A stretch of DNA of 62,999 nucleotides, filler included. It is 5 parts of 5 records of this genome, joined end to end, with 100 filler letters (N's around TTAATTAATTAA, not from the genome) between each part and the next. Parts side by side here need not be neighbours in the genome. Positions count along the whole stretch, not along the records: positions 57,165 to 62,999 come from SRR31147125_9965; 4 more parts are not named here. One strand, given 5' to 3'. Under the pieces are notes generated by a model. It saw nothing but the letters and a program-made list of their open reading frames with translations. It did no database searches and was not told where the DNA came from. Below are positions 62,166-62,999 of this stretch, piece after piece (the stretch's first letter is position 1; every line of letters starts with the position of its first letter). A program made the translations under genes and the position numbers.

Positions 62166-62999
62166 ATGAACAAACTAAACGTAAGTTTGCTTGGCTATCC
62201 AAAAATTAAATATAATGAAATAGATATTACCGAAAACTTAAGTAGCAAGTCTGTCGGTCTTTTGTGTTATCTAGCGGTTAATCATCCTAAAGGAGTGCTA
62301 AGAGAGAAATTATCAAGTATGTTTTGGGAAGGCAGTACAGAAAAATCTGCAAAGTATAATTTAAGATATAATATTTGGAGTATAAATAAGCTTTTAAGAC
62401 CTAATCGAAAAGATATTGAAGATGCAGTATTAGTCAGTAAAAGGAGCGTATTAGAATTTGCAGATGACATCAACGTATATTGTGATGTTAATGAAATGAT
62501 GGAGATATATTCTCATTCGAAAAAATTACCTATTGTAAAATTATTAAGAATAAAAGAACTTTGTACTAATGATTTCTTGATGGGTTTTTATATAAAAAAG
62601 GTGCTTTGACTTTAATGATTGGGTGTTTTACGAGAGAGAGCAAATTCAAACGATATTGTTTAGTTCACTTTCCAAAATAAATGATTATTATGAAAAAGAA
62701 GGATGCTATTCTAAACAGGTCGAAACACTTGAAGAGATGATTAGAATAAATGTATTTGATGAAGACATTTATGCAAAATTAATTAAAATACATATTAAAC
62801 AAAATAATATAAGCGCAGCTTTAAACCAATATAATAGATGTGAGGTTATATTAAGAGAAGAGCTTAGTATATCACCTAAGCTTAGCACAAAATTGCTCTT
62901 GGAAGAAATAAAGTCAGCAAGAAATAAAAACAGTTCAAGGGATACTAATAAAAAACAATTAACTCCTGATGATAATAGATTAGGATGTTTAATAAAAAA
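62166..62999 (+). CDS. SARP/BTAD transcriptional regulator; frameshift near 62600; runs off the window
   Basis: LLGYPKI, LLCYLA, REKLSSMFW, AKYNLRY; shifted frame gives FNDWVFYERE...FDEDIY...AALNQY...LREELSISP. Confidence 0.85.

Noticed and set aside
3762-62609. Pseudogenes, phase variation or programmed frameshifting in many split genes
   Set aside because: The shifts hit housekeeping genes on four different contigs and nearly all fall in short homopolymers; sequencing error is the simpler explanation.
1-62999. CRISPR arrays, tRNA/rRNA, transposases, defence or phage genes
   Set aside because: No regularly spaced repeats or recognisable motifs seen by eye; small RNAs could have been missed without covariance searches.

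Overview
The window is five unrelated contigs joined by 100-bp artificial linkers (N44-TTAATTAATTAA-N44), so synteny across linkers is meaningless. Many genes carry single-base homopolymer indels that look like sequencing error. (1) 1-11661: Desulfuromonadales-like housekeeping genes (MltD/LysM, TPR, Smr, RNase E/G, ABC-F, OmpA/MotB, nadC, birA). (2) 11762-37912: AT-rich surface-glycan operon with an RfaH-like gene and a perfect ops site, a pseudaminic-acid-type pathway with unusual tailoring enzymes, a PAPS supply plus sulfotransferase, and an active/degenerate DUF4910 pair. (3) 38013-44983, the most striking segment: an nqrABCDEF-ordered membrane complex whose NqrF lacks its FAD/NADH domain. 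It is instead joined to a HydABC/Bfu-type (NuoEFG-like) module with electron-bifurcation signatures and a probable NADP(H) site. (4) 45084-57064: wzm-wzt and sulfotransferases with two NRPS-like enzymes (probable dehydratase-A-T-TE and acyl-ligase-T-TE), both with Cys-nucleophile TE motifs. (5) 57165-62999: low-GC NhaC-M20 peptidase-amidohydrolase-SARP catabolic locus. No CRISPR array, rRNA or tRNA was recognised.
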